Shown: positions 12,975 through 26,495, counted from the stretch's first letter. The stretch is 64,000 bases of DNA from Felis catus (GCF_018350175.1 NC_058368.1:57600001-57664000), one strand, 5' to 3'. Notes: a model not told the origin generated them from the letters alone. Numbers and translations are program-made.

Positions 12975-13775
12975 ACAGAATGGGGGGAAATATTTGCAAA
13001 TCACATATCTGATAAGTGATCAATAGAATTACTGGATAGAATGTATAAAGAACCCCCCAAACTCAACAATAACTCATTTAAAAAATGGATAAAAAACTTG
13101 GAATAGACATTTCTTCAAAGAAGCACACAAATGTTCAATAAGTACATGACAAGAAGCCCAAGATGACTGAAAATCACAATGAGTTACTACTTCACAGCCA
13201 TTAGGATGGCTTAAAAAAAATCATTAAAAAAAAGTGTTGACAAGGATGTACAAAAATTGGAACACTTGTAGATTACTGGTAGGAATGTAAATGTTGCAGC
13301 TGCTGTGAAATTTAGAATAGTGGGGGGCGCCTGGGTGGAGCAGTCGGTTAAGCGTCCGACTTCAGCCAGGTCACGATCTCGCGGTCTTTGAGTTCGAGCC
13401 CCGCGTCAGGCTCTGGGCTGATGGCTCGGAGCCTGGAGCCTGTTTCCGATTCTGTGTCTCCCTCTCTCTCTGCCCCTCCCCCGTTCATGCTCTGTCTCTC
13501 TCTGTCCCAACAATAAATAAAAAACATTGAAAAAAAATTTAGAATAGTGGTTGCTCAAAAAAATGAAACATAGAATTACTATATGAACCTATTACTAAAT
13601 GAACAACTCTACTTTTAGGAATAGACCCAAAAGAACTGAAAGCAAGAACTCTAACAGGTATTTTTTATACCAGTATTCATAGCAGCACTATTTAAAAAAG
13701 GAAAGAAGTAGAAACAACTCAAATATCCACTGACAAGTGAACAGAGAAAATATGTCATATACCACATTAATAAAT
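12975..13775 (+). mobile_element. Old L1 (L1M) ORF2 C-terminal fragment
   Basis: aaatatttgcaaatcacatatctgataag; aatagacatttcttcaaagaag; ggtaggaatgtaaa; ttcatagcagcactatt. Confidence 0.88.
13324..13534 (+). mobile_element. Young feline SINE (SINEC_Fc-type) inserted in L1
   Basis: Near-consensus; perfect 16-bp TSD aaatttagaatagtgg (13308-13323, 13535-13550). Confidence 0.97.
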
Positions 13776-14076
13776 GTTATTATTAAAATAATAAATTTTG
13801 TCACTGAAATACATTTTATGTTATAGACATTTTAGCACAATTAAAACAATCTAGGTCTTAAATGCAGAAAATATAGTCTTTAGTAATTTACCTTTTAATT
13901 AAAAGTAACTTCAATTAGTTTGATCTGTCAAATATTTAGCAAATACTACCTTCATTTTTTCCTTCCTCTTTCCTTTCTCCTTCTATTTGTATCTTCTATC
14001 CTGGCTTTTAAAATGATATTGCATGTTCACAAAGAACCACACACACACACAATATTCATGGAGTCTTTTGAAAGCT

Positions 14077-14086
14077 AATATATATA

Positions 14087-14143
<57 letters not shown>

Positions 14144-14182
14144 TATGTATGCATATATATGTATACATGCATATACATATAC
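14077..14182. repeat. Compound (TA)n(CA)n microsatellite
   Basis: Seen directly. Confidence 0.95.
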
Positions 14183-14520
14183 AAAACTATAATAGACTGG
14201 TGGCATTTAACAAGAAATGATAATATTTAAATCTGGCTACAGCAAGCAAAGATAAAACATATGGATCCTTCAACTTACAGGACATGTTTGAGAAAAAGAA
14301 TAAAGGAAAAGCAAAATACTACCCCAAACAATCAAACAGTAATAATAAAATTAAGCCAAAATGTCAGCCAGATTTAGCACTTCTGTAATTTTATGAATAA
14401 CTAACTTTATTTTACAGCTAGGACAATACAATAAATTGTATTAATTTATTTCTGTGCTTATTTATTGAGGTAAAATTGACAAAAGATAAGTGCATATAAT
14501 TAGAGCACATAATTTGATAC

Positions 14521-15494
14521 TGTGAAAAATAATAAAAGAAAACATCACTAAAATGGAGTGCAGAGGACAGAAGGGGGAGACCTCATGCATTACTACTGGT
14601 CAATATTTGGTTACCGAAAACAGAAACTCATCTCTTGCAAGTCAATGCTACTTTAACTACTTCTTTTTTTTACCTCAGCAGGAGGAAGAAAGGATTCCTC
14701 CTCCCCTGGCAACAGTCCAGCCAATGAGATAAATGTTAAAGTAAAGCCAATGTTTTCAAAAAATATATTTGAGAAAAATAAAACAGAAGAATTAAGAATA
14801 ATCTGGGATTGGTTTAACTTTTCATTTATCGGCCACATGATTCTTCCATATAATATATTCTTCATGGCATTTTTTCAATATTAAATTTATTGTCAAATTG
14901 GTTTCCATACAACACCCAGTGCTCATCCCAATAGGTGCCCTCCTCAATACCCATTATCCACCATCCCCTCCCTCCCACCCCCCATCAGCCCTCAGTTTGT
15001 TCTCAGTTTTTAAGAGTCTCTTATGTTTTGGCTTCCTCCCTCTCCAACCTTTTTTTTTTCCTTCCTCTCCCCCCTGGTCTTCTGTTAAGTTTTTCAGGAT
15101 CCACATTAAAAAAAAAAAGAATATTTTCAGAAATAAAATGTTTTATTTTCAAATAACAAGAAAGCTATATAGTAAATATACAGAAGATAAAAGAAAACTT
15201 TCATACTTTTCTATAGAAATAATAAATTCCACTAGAAATGAAAATGTGAAAAAAATAAAAAAAAATAAAACACAGCCAATGTATGGCCATCATTCTCTGA
15301 ATTCCCAATTCACTTTAATGGACATTTTGTTTATAATAGCTCTCTGAACTCACTCATATTCTCCATAAGAGAGCATTCATTTCTTTTCTCTGATTTTGTT
15401 ATGCTTTGCTTGTCCCAAATTGCAACTCTGCTATTCCAGAATAAACCCATTTTTGCTGGTAAAATACCTGGCAGTTTTATGTTCAAGGTTAACA
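14521..15494 (+). mobile_element. ERV1-class solo LTR (family uncertain), interrupted internally
   Basis: TG...CA termini (tgtgaaaa...ggttaaca), perfect 4-bp TSD ATAC, CCAAT motif and AATAAA near the 3' end. Confidence 0.8.
14870..15106 (-). mobile_element. Feline L1 (L1_Fc-like) 3' UTR fragment
   Basis: tttattgtcaaattggtttccatacaacacccagtgctcatccc is the antisense of the feline L1 3' terminus. Confidence 0.88.
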
Positions 15495-15957
15495 ATACAT
15501 TTTGACATATGTAAACTCCCATGAAATAATCACTGTCATCCTGATAATGAACATATCTATTGTCCCCAAATAATTCCTCATGACCCCATGTAGTCTCTTC
15601 TTCCTGCCCACTGAACATGAATTCCTCATCTCCAAGCAACAACAGATCTCTGTTACAAGAGCTTTATTTGGATTTTCTTAAAATTTTACATACGTAGATT
15701 CACTGAGTATGCATTCCATTTTTTGTCAGACTTCTTTTACTTAGCATAATTATTTTAATATTCATCAGTGCAGTAGTATGTATCAATAGTGCATTCCTAT
15801 TTGCAGCTGAGTAGTATTCCATTATATGTATATACTACAATTTGTTCTTCCAATCACCTGTTGATGGACATTGGGACTTTTCCATTTAGGGCTATAACAA
15901 ACAAAACTACTCTGAACATTAGTTCGAAGACTTTGGGTCTATGCTTTCTTTTCTCTT

Positions 15958-16177
15958 TTTTTTTTTTCAACGTTTTTTTTTTATTTATTTTTGGGACAGA
16001 GAGAGACAGAGCATGAACGGGGGAGGGGCAGAGAGAGAGGGAGACACAGAATGGGAAACAGGCTCCAGGCTCCGAGCCATCAGCCCAGAGCCTGACGCGG
16101 GGCTCGAACCCACGGACCGCGAGATCGTGACCTGGCTGAAGTCGGACGCTTAACCGACTGCGCCACCCAGGCGCCCC
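15958..16177 (-). mobile_element. Young feline SINE (SINEC_Fc-type)
   Basis: Near-consensus; TSD tcttttctctt. Confidence 0.97.
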
Positions 16178-16675
16178 TCTTTTCTCTTAAATATCTAGAA
16201 GTAGAATGTTTGGTACACATGGTATGTATGTGTTTCACGTTATCATAAACCACCAAAATGTTTCCTAAAGTGATTGTATCATTTTTTATTTTCACTAGTA
16301 ATGAGAGTTCCAGTTCCTCCTCCTCTCCAGATACTTGCTGTGGTCAGTTGTTTTCATTTTACCTATTCTAGTAGGTAGTGCTATTTCTTTGTGGTTTTGA
16401 TTTTAGTTTTCCTATGATTAATCATATCCAGCATCTTCTCAAATCCTTATTTGCCATCTGTGATATGTCTATTAAAATATTTTGATCACAGAAAACCAGG
16501 TTTTTTATTTCCTTATTGTTGAGTTCTGAGAGTTCTTTATAAGTTAATGATGCAAGTACTTTAGCAGATATATTTTGCAAATATTTTCTACCAATCTGTG
16601 GATTGTCTTATTCTCTTAACAATGACTTTTGTTAAGCAGATATTTTTAATATTAATGAATTCAAGATCACAAAGC

Positions 16676-16885
16676 TTTTAAACATTTATTTATTTATTTT
16701 GAGAGAGAAAGAAACATAGAGCATGAGTGGGGAAGGGGCAGAGACAAAGGTGGACAGAGAATCCCAAGCAGACAGAGAATAAGCACTGAGCGGGATGTGG
16801 GACTCAAACCCAGAAACAGTGAGATCATGAACAGAACCCAAGTCAAGAGTGGGATGCTTAACCAACTGAGCCACCCAGGGGTCTC
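16676..16885 (-). mobile_element. Carnivore SINE, older
   Basis: T-rich tail, GA tract, antisense head accaactgagccacccagg. Confidence 0.92.
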
Positions 16886-17342
16886 AGTTTATTTTACTTT
16901 CTTCTGAAAATAGTGTTTTGGGCATTCCTTAAGGTCTACTTTCCATATTTTAATTAATTGTTTTGTAAAGTGAGGTATATTTTAAAGGTTTTTTTTTTTC
17001 ATATGGACTTTCTATTATTCCAGCACCATTTTGTTGAAAATAAAACTACCTTATCTCCACTGAATTGTACCTTTGTCAAAAATCAATCTTTTATAAATTT
17101 CTATATTTCTTTCCAGATTCTCTGTTACATAGACCTATTAATCTCTCTTTGTAATAAAACTATATTACCTTGATTACTATAGATTTACAACAAGTTTTGA
17201 GACAGCTTTTACACTGAAGTCAGGTAGTTTTCTAGTTCTATAACTTTGTTCTTTTTTCAATTTTATTTCATTATTTTAAGTTCTTTGCATTTCCATATCA
17301 ATTTTTATAATAACCTTTTCAAGTCCTACTAGAAAGCTTGTG

Positions 17343-17343
<1 letters not shown>

Positions 17344-17388
<45 letters not shown>
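17344..17388. repeat. (TG)n microsatellite
   Basis: Seen directly. Confidence 0.95.
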
Positions 17389-17389
<1 letters not shown>

Positions 17390-17391
<2 letters not shown>

Positions 17392-18172
17392 AGTGTATGG
17401 TAACAAGAACAAAAAAACATAATATTAAATCTACTATATTAATCAGTTTCAAGTCTACAGTTCAGTAGTATTAAATATACTCACATTCTTGCATAGCTGA
17501 TGTCTAAAATTTTTCATTTTGCAAAACTATAACACTACACCCATTAAATCCCTTCTCCCCCAACCTTTGTCAAACATCTGGCTTCTTTCTGTTTTTATGA
17601 TTTTGATTACTTAAGGTACTTCATATCAGTGGCATTATATAGTAGCTGTCCTTTGTGACCAAGTTATTTCACTTAGTGTAATATCCCTGAGTGTTCTTCC
17701 ACACTGTAGCATGTGACAGGATTTCCTTCTTTTTTAGGTTGTCTAATAGTCTGTGTATATGCCAGATTTTCTTTATCTATTCATCTGCTGATGGACACTT
17801 GATTTGTTTCTACCACTTGGCTACTGTGAATAATGCTGAAATGAACATGAGTATGTAAATATCCCTTTGAGATCGATCCTATTTTAAAATTCTTTTGTAA
17901 ATATACCCAGAAGTAGGATTGCTGAATCATATGGTAATTCTATTTTTAAATTTTGAAGAAATCTCTATGCTTTTTCCATAATTGTTGCACCATTTTACAT
18001 TCTTACTAACAGTGCATAAGAGTTCTGATTTCTTCACATCCTCACCAAATTTGTTTTTTTCTGTTCTTTTGATAGTGACTATCCTAATGGGTCTGAGGTG
18101 AGATCTCATTGTGGTTTGGACTTGAATTTTTCTTATGATTAGTGATGTTGAGCATCTTTTCATTTGCTTATT
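17390..18172 (-). mobile_element. L1MA/MB-type 3' fragment nested in the older L1
   Basis: A second L1 3' end; minus ORF 17927-18163 MKRCSTSLIIRKIQVQTTMRSHL is the L1 ORF2 C-terminus. Confidence 0.85.
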
Positions 18173-18415
18173 GGGGAGCCTGCTAGGATTTTGATTGGGA
18201 TTTGCTATTGCTATTTGGGGAGAATTGCTATGTTAATAATGTAGAGTCTTCAGCCTCGTGAACAGAATTAAATTCACTTAGGCTCTCTAATTTCTCAGCA
18301 AAGTTTTGTACTTTTTAGTGTACAGGCTTAGCATATGTTTCATAATATTTATTCTTAAGCATTTCATATATTTGTTGTTATTGTAAATTGTACTCTTTTA
18401 AAATTCACTTTGCGG

Positions 18416-18653
18416 GGGGTACCTAGGTGGCTCAGTCAGTTAAGTGTCCAGCTTCAGCTCAGATCATGATCTTACATTTCCACTCAGGTCATGATCTCAC
18501 ATTTCTTGAGTTCGAGCCCCATGTTGGGCTGTGTGCAGACAGCTCAGAGCCTGGAGCCTGCTTTGGATTCTGTGTCTCCCTCTCTCTGTCCCTCCCCTGC
18601 TCAAGTTCTGACTCTCTCTCAAAAAATAAACATTAAAATTTTTCTAAATAAAA
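18416..18653 (+). mobile_element. Feliform SINE with internal 25-bp tandem duplication
   Basis: SINE head and tail; degraded TSD aaaattcactttg / aaaaatcagtttg. Confidence 0.93.
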
Positions 18654-21600
18654 AAAATCAGTTTGGACTATTCTTTAGTAGTCTATAGAAAACACTGGAT
18701 TTTTATATATTGACACTACAAATTTGCTAAATTAACTTAATAGTTGTAGGGTTTTTTGTTATTATTTTTGTTTTTTGTTTAAAAGTCCATTACCTTCTAC
18801 ACTGATATTCAGGTAGTCTATGAGTAACTTTGATTTCTTCCTTTCTAATAAGTATGACTCTTGTTTTTTTTTTAAGTTGCAATAGGTACAATCTCCAGCA
18901 CAATATTGACTAAAAGTGAAGAGAGGAGAAAACCTTCTGTTCCTCCTGATCTTAGGGAGAGAGCAGTAATTTCTAGCATTAAGGAGTCATTAGTTACAGA
19001 GTCTTTCAAAGATAAAATTTATTAGGATGAGAGCATTCTTTCGTATTTCTACGTTGTTGATATTAGATAGCAAGAATAGATGTACTTGTCAAGTACTTTT
19101 TTCTGTCTCTTGAAATTACCACATTTTTTTTTATGTTTAGCTTGATAAGATAATACATTAATGCATGGTTTTGATTATTAAATCAACCTTTTATTCCTGG
19201 GATAAATCCTAGTTGGTCATGATATATATTTTTTTCTTTTATACTGCTGGATTCAATTTTCTAAAATAGTTTATATCATTTAAATTTATATTTCTATGGG
19301 ATAATAATAATGTGTTATCCCCTAAACTGTTTCTATAATTGATATTAGGGTAATTTAGGTCTTTTAAAATAAATTGAAAATATTTATTATTTTGAAAATT
19401 TATGAAAAATTCTGTGTGGAATTGGCATTATTATATTTTTCTTAAAGTTTGAAAGAATTCACTGTGATTTTAATATTTATTTATCATCCTCTTTAGGTTG
19501 TGGAATATACAGGGATGTCATACTTTTGTTTCTGGCATTGGTAATATGAGTATTCCTACTGTTTTTCTTGATATTTAGCTAAAAGTTTATCAGTGTTATT
19601 GATCTGAAAGGTATACGTTTTTGGTTTTCTTTTTCAAAATTTCATTTTATTGATTTATCCTCTGATTTTTATTATTTCTATATTAGTGTTTACCTTAGGT
19701 TACATTTATAATTTATTTTCTAGTTTCCTAAGGTATAGATGTTATTGATAGGAGGCCTTCTATCTTTTTGTGCATTGCTACTATGGATTTTGCACTATAA
19801 ATTTGTCCTAAAGCATGTTTTAACAAGAGCCAACAAATTTTGATATATTATTTTCATTCAGTTCAAAATATTTTTTAAATTGAACAATGGCCTATTTAGA
19901 ATTACATTACTATATTTTTCAAATATTTATGGGACATATCTCAAAGATACATATATTGATTTTTAATTTAATTCCATGTGGTGACAGAATATATTTCATA
20001 GAATATTTTATAGAATATTTAAGTAAAATCTTCTTAATATTATTGAGATTCATTCTGTGACACAGGATATATTTATCATATTGGTAATGTTTCATGTGCA
20101 CTTGCAAAAAAATATAGGGTTTCTGTTGTTGTATGGAGTGTTGAATAAATATCATTTAGGTCCATCTGATTGGTAGTGATATTCAGATTATATGTCTTTA
20201 CTTATATTATATCCACTTATTTTACCAATATTGGAAACAGTATAGAAATCTGTGGCCATAAATGTAGAATTATCTATTTTTTAAACAGTTCTATTTAGTT
20301 TTTGTTCATGTGTTTGGAAGGTTTGTTAATAGGTACATAGACAGTTAGGATTTTTAATTACTTTTACCTTCTTTTTCATTATGAAATGATTTCTTTTTCC
20401 CCTGGTAACATTATTTGCTCTGATAGCTATTTTTCATGATAATATAGCCATGTAAGCTTTATTTTGAAATCAAATTATAGCTTTTCTGATTTTACTTTTA
20501 ATCCATTTCTTCCTTTATATCTTAGGTGTACATGTTTCTTCTTGCTTTTTCATTCAGTCTGATATTCTATACCTTTTAATTGGAGATTTGGGCCAGTGAC
20601 ATCTAACATTGTCATTGATGCGGTTAGTTTAAGTCTATCATTTTGCTATTTTTTTTAGTTGCTTTAAATATTCCTTGTTCCTTTTTTCTTGCTAGCTCTT
20701 GAATTGAGTATTTTTATGATCCTTTTCTATTGTCACTTTATTAGCTATGGTTACTTTTTTATTTCAATGGTACTTTATATTTTATAGTATATACCTTTAA
20801 CTTATCACAGCCTAAATGCAAATGTTTTATCAGATGTATAGTATAAGAGTATTTCAAAAATATTTCATTTCCCTCCTTTCCCATGTTTATGCTTTGTTTA
20901 CCTACATTTTATATACACATATACATTAACTGCAGAATATCTTATTATTTATGTTTCAGCAATAATTCTTCCCTTAAAGACACATAAGTTGTAAGTTTCT
21001 AGCTATCAACTACACATCATGACCATTTATCTTGCCACTTTTTCCTTCCTGGGGATCGATGTTTACATCTGGCATATTTTTCGTTCTGATTGAAGGATAC
21101 CTTTAACATTTCTTGTACAGCATACCTGACAGGGATTGATTTTTTTTCCTAGTTTTGAATTTCAGAATATGTCATTTTTCTTTCATTATTAAAAGATATT
21201 ACAGGTGTCTGCAGAATTCTGTGTTGATATAATTTTCTCATTTCAGAATTTAAAGATATTGCTCCACTGTCAGCTCAGTTACAATGTTCCTGGAAAAAAA
21301 TCTGCTTTCTTTCTTACTTTTGTTCCTCTGTATGCAATTAGTCTTTTTCTCTGGCTGTTTTTAAGATTTTTTTTCCTTATCACTGGTTTTATGCAATTTG
21401 ACTATGATGCAATCTTGAAATTAACTTCAATTTTTTTGTGTGTGTTTGGGATTCACTAAACTTCCTGGATCCGTGGGTTAATTGTTTTCAAGTTTAGAAA
21501 AAATCACATTAGTTCAAATTATTTTTTCTATCAATCTCTACTCTTTCCAAAGATTTTATTACACTTAGGACTTTTAATTTTATTGATTTTTACATCTTTT

Positions 21601-21758
21601 TTTAATGTTTAGAAAGTCTCCCTTGTTATGTTCTCAAGTAAAGTTTTCAACTAACATTTTCCTCTGCAATAATTAATCTGCCATTTTTCTACCCATGGCA
21701 AATATATCTCAGATATTGACATTTGCATCTCTAATAGTTTGTAAATATTTTTATACCC

Positions 21759-21965
21759 TGGGTGGCGCAGTCAGTTAAGCGTCCGACTTCAGCCAGGTCA
21801 CGATCTCGCGGTCCATAGTTTGAGCCCCGCGTCAGGCTCTGGGCTGATGCCTCGGAGCCTGGAGCCTGTTTCCGATTCTGTGTCTCCCTCTCTCTCTGCC
21901 CCTCCCCCGTTCATGCTCTGTCTCTCTCTGTCCCAAAAATAAATAAACGTTGAAAAAAAAATTTA
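21759..21965 (+). mobile_element. Young feline SINE (SINEC_Fc-type), missing its first few bases
   Basis: Near-consensus; TSD aaatatttttataccc. Confidence 0.97.
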
Positions 21966-22047
21966 AAATATTTTTATACCCTCAATGCATCTATTTAAGT
22001 TTTTGCATGTATGGAATATAGTTACATTTTAATAACTTAAAAAAACA

Positions 22048-22254
22048 TTTTTTTAATGTTTATTTATTTTCAAGAGAGACAGAGACAGAGTGTGAATCAG
22101 GGAGGGTCAGAGAGAAAGGGAGACAGAATCTGGAGCAGCCTCCAGGCTCTGAGCAAGCTGTCAGCACAGAGTGTGATGTGGGGCTTGAACTCACAAGAGA
22201 TCATGACCCAAGCTGAAGTTGGACACTTAACCAACTGAGCCATCCAGGTGCCAC
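22048..22254 (-). mobile_element. Feliform SINE
   Basis: Antisense SINE; flanking repeat ttttaataactt. Confidence 0.93.
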
Positions 22255-23556
22255 AGTTTTAATAACTTTTATTGTCTTCACCTGCTAAGTCTGATATTTA
22301 TAAAAATTCTCAGGTTTGAGTGATTCTTTTTTTTTTAAGAGAATATTTCCTTACCTCTTTATGTTTGGTAATTTTGGTTAAACATTATATATATATATTT
22401 TCTTCCATAAATATTCTTGAATACTATTGTATAACACAGTTAAGCTAATTTGAAATACTTTGGTATTTTTAGGTTTTGCTTCTTAAAAATTTATTAGATA
22501 GGTATGGGCAGTTTTTATTCCAGAGTTAATTTAGTCTCCGTACAGAGGCAAGAAACCTAAGGATATTCTACTCAATGCTATGAGAATTTAAAATATTCTA
22601 GTCTGACTATTGGTGGATAGGTATTTTTCTTGGTCTCATGTGAGCTCTGAATGTTTGTTGTTTCCAATAACTTTTTTGGGCGATTCTCTAATGTAGTTTC
22701 ATTGTATACATGTTTGGGTCAATATTCTTCCTAATACTTGGTAGGGATCTGCTCAGGTCTCTGTAGTTCTCTGTGTTGCTCTCTTATTTCCCATAATCTG
22801 CCTTGTGGACTGTAACAGTGTCTCATTTTCTCTGGATCCTTAGTTTCATTTCCTTAATTCAGGGAGATTACTGGGCTCTATCTTTGTTCCCCTTTTCTGT
22901 ACTGCAGCTTGAAAACTTTGTCATTAGTAAACGAGGACAACCGTACAGCTCACCTTGTTTATTTCTATTCTCCATGGAGTCACTTTCCTTTAGTGATTGG
23001 TGTCCATTATCTTGAAAACCATTGTCTTGTGCATTTTGTTTTATGGTTATTTCAGTTAGCACAGTAAATCTTGTGACTGTTAACTTTGTTTTGGCCATGT
23101 GAACCCACATGACTTCTATGGTTGGAAAGTTAAACAAACTAATGTGGGCATTAGGGGTTCTCACAGAAACATTCACCAATAGAAAAAAAAATCTCTCTTT
23201 CTTGAAATTATAAAAACCAGAATAAAGGAATGCCTTAAGACTACTCACAAGGAATACTTCTGAACTCCAACAATATCAGTGTCTAAATCTGCCTCCCACT
23301 TAGGCTATAGAAATCTATGTTGAGGCACCTTGCTTGAGGTATCCTGGGTCATTGTGTTAACATAACTCTTTCTAGTTTGTAAATTTTACATTCCTTTTTT
23401 TTGGAACTTGGTACATGTATTTTGGTAAGAAATTATCATTATTCTTGTTTACAGTTTGAGTAATTAATATTCATTAATTTGATTTCTACTAGCTGACAGT
23501 GTTAGATCTAGGACTAAAAGATTAAAAGTTAGATCATTCTTTTTTTCAGAGTTATC

Positions 23557-23758
23557 TTTTTTTTTTTTTAAGTGAGAACATTTAGGATCTACTCACTTAG
23601 CAACTTCAAGTATGCAAGACAGTATTATTAACTATAATCAAGTTGCTGAATCTTAGATCTCCAGAACTTAACTCAAAGTCTGTACCTTTTGACCAATATC
23701 TCCCCATTACCCCACCCCAGCCCCTGGCAATCATCATTCTACTCTCTGCTTCTGTGAA
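23557..23758 (-). mobile_element. L1MA-type 3' UTR fragment
   Basis: gtgagaacatttaggatctactcacttagcaac...cccagcccctggcaatcatcattctactctctg. Confidence 0.85.
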
Positions 23759-25639
23759 GGCATGCCATTCTTTCTTAAAGGGTAAATTTCATCTCAGAGT
23801 TTGCAATATCATTCTGATATTCTCATTTGGGGATAAGCTTACAATAAAAAAAATAGTTTACTGAACCCATACATGGACAGCTGAGGACACAATGACTGAC
23901 TGAACAGTGTGACATTTCCAGTCAACTGTAGCTATATTATTTTCTTTCTCTGATTTTAACATCAGCAGGATTGCTAGGAACACAGAGATGGTATTAATAC
24001 ACATGCTTTCTTATGCAGACATTCATACTTCCTGGCTGCCTTTTTAAACTTGAAGGACATTTTCACAGTTTACAAACAGCCTCCCTTTTAAAATAAACTA
24101 CCTTGCTAACACCTTGCATGCTAAGTTTATGCCTGTGGCATTTTTAGAAGCAGAGTTACAAACCTCTGGGAATATAAATTTAATGGAAACCCTGACAGGT
24201 TCCTATCTTTAACTAAGAGAATGCTGTCAATGTTAGATGGCATTCTCCAGGTAATACTGATGAGGTCAGCTCTGTATAGCAAACTAATTGCAAGATGAGT
24301 TTCTGCTGACAAATTATAAACTGTGCTTATATATGCTATACAAAATAATGTAGTTCAGTGTATTGGATGGATGCAGAACAATCAGTAAAAGTCATTACTT
24401 ATATTGAGTAAGTTGAAAATTGCTGTTCCTAGCACTTTTTAGTCTACTGATGTGCAATACACATAGTATATCACATATATCACTGTGAAAATACAATCAT
24501 CTTTGTTTCTGACTCCCTTAAAACTAATTTATATCAAAATTAAGAAAATTTTCAGACTAGAAAGTGTCAAATATAATACACAAGCTTATCAATTATAATC
24601 ATTTTAATCTAATCATGGTAACAGAGGAAATGATGTTGCATAAATTAAATTCTCAAGGAGTACAAAAATATTTTTTGAGCCTACCTGCCTTGTATTTTTC
24701 TCAAAGATAAGGTTATTATTTTGTTCTTTTTTTAGTTTGGTTTCCCTTGATAAAATAAATTTGGATATTTCATTGTTTCATAATCTCCTTTCTATTCCTT
24801 AGTGATAGAAGTAGAAAACCAGGAAAAAATAGGCAGCAAAGTTAATACAAACATATAAAATCTAAATCCCTACAGCTTAATTACTTAACACCCCCATGGT
24901 ATATTGCATTTTATTTTGACTATCCTAAATAATAGAAAGTTATAGGTTTGTTATTTCATAAATGAAGACTAGTTTACTCTCCATAGTTTTAAATGAGATA
25001 GAACTGTCTTCTTCCTTCAAGATATATGGAATAGAATTTTTAGTATTCATTCTTTTTCCGCAATCAATGCAGTGTCATTCAAACTTTTTTGACCCAAAGT
25101 GTAAAACTACTTTCACCTTAATTCCCAGTGTATACATTTGTATCTAGATGATACTTAAGTATGATATACAATTCTTACACTTACTTCGTGAAAATTCATT
25201 CTGATATTTTCTATTTTACTTCATTCTATATTTGTTATTCTCATATTAAAATACCATTTGTGATATATTAAATCAATATCACTACCTTGAGACTCTACTT
25301 TTGAAAAGCAATGATCCATAAGATACATAAAATAATAATCCTTTCTAGGATTTTTCTACTATATGGAGAAATAAATAATATATACTCTATCTGAAGTAAA
25401 AAGTAAATTTGCATTTGACACCCATAAGTACCTTATACAAGTATGTTTCAATATCGCAAGCAGCTCACATGTGACGCTGATGCATTAGTTTTCCAAATCT
25501 TAGGAAGTTTGATAGAGGAATTTATTGTTTTTACCATTAGGTTTATTTGCATGGAATCTGTGTTTTATAATCTTTAAGTAATGATTTTCACATAAATATT
25601 TGACTTCTATTTATAGTAATATGGGTAGTACGGGCTATC

Positions 25640-26495
25640 TTAATAAAATTCTTTCAATAACAACAATCGAAAATGCAGATTAGATGCTTAAATTAAAAAA
25701 ATCCTCAGAGAGCTAGTAATATAATAAACATCAATAGGAAATCAAAGTAAAAGCAATACTTCAAAGGTTATAGAGAGACTGCTTTTGTTCTGAGAGCATT
25801 TGTCCAACTAATAGCCCTCAACTTTATATTTGACAGAATTGTGTTCAGGAGACTGGACGTGAGGAGTCAGAAGTCAAGGTAGAGGTCTGCCAAGCAAGAA
25901 TTCTAATAAGGTGATTTCTGCCCCATAAAATTAGGACACAAAGGGCTACATCCATAGAATAAGAAGGAGCTAGTAATAAATCCACATCCTCCCTACTTCT
26001 AAAGGCTGCAGGGAAGTCATAGCAATAGGCATTTCAGCAGAGAAAATACAAGATAGGGAACTATAAAAAAATCTTTCGGAGAAAAAAACAAATACACACC
26101 TCCTACATGTAGAAAAACACAATAATTAAAGGTAAAATGTCATTTGATAGGCTTCCCTACCGCTAATACATGGCTGAAAACCAGTAGTTAAATGGAAAAT
26201 AGGTAAGAAGAAATTATCCAGAATTTGCTCAAAGACACAAGTGTAAGAAAAAAATTGATTTCAATTGAATTCAAGGTTCAATGTATTTTAGAAAATAGCA
26301 AGCAGCTTCATTCAATTTGTTTCATTAACGGATTAAACAAAAAATATGACTTTCTAAACTCTAACAAAAATTGATAAAATTCATTATGTATTAAAGATAA
26401 CACAAAGATAAATTTGATGTATTAAAGCACAATTTGATGATATTTAACTTTGCTAGTCAGCTGGGAAAAGGAAACAGTTTTTCTAAATGTAATAT
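25640..26495 (+). mobile_element. Very old L1 (L1ME-like) 5'/ORF1 remnants
   Basis: A-rich, with ORF1-like pieces (ggctgaaa...gaagaaattatccagaat). Highly diverged. Confidence 0.45.

Larger units (their letters stand above)
14455..23105 (-). mobile_element. Long ancient L1 (L1MC-like), heavily decayed, with multiple nested insertions
   Basis: 3' end tttattgaggtaaaattgac...ttttgacatatg. Continuous T-rich antisense ORF2-like sequence, including an endonuclease remnant (minus translation FLQVHMKH...ILSPHGIKLKIN near 19950-20155). 5'-region-like sequence near 22400-23100. Confidence 0.8.
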
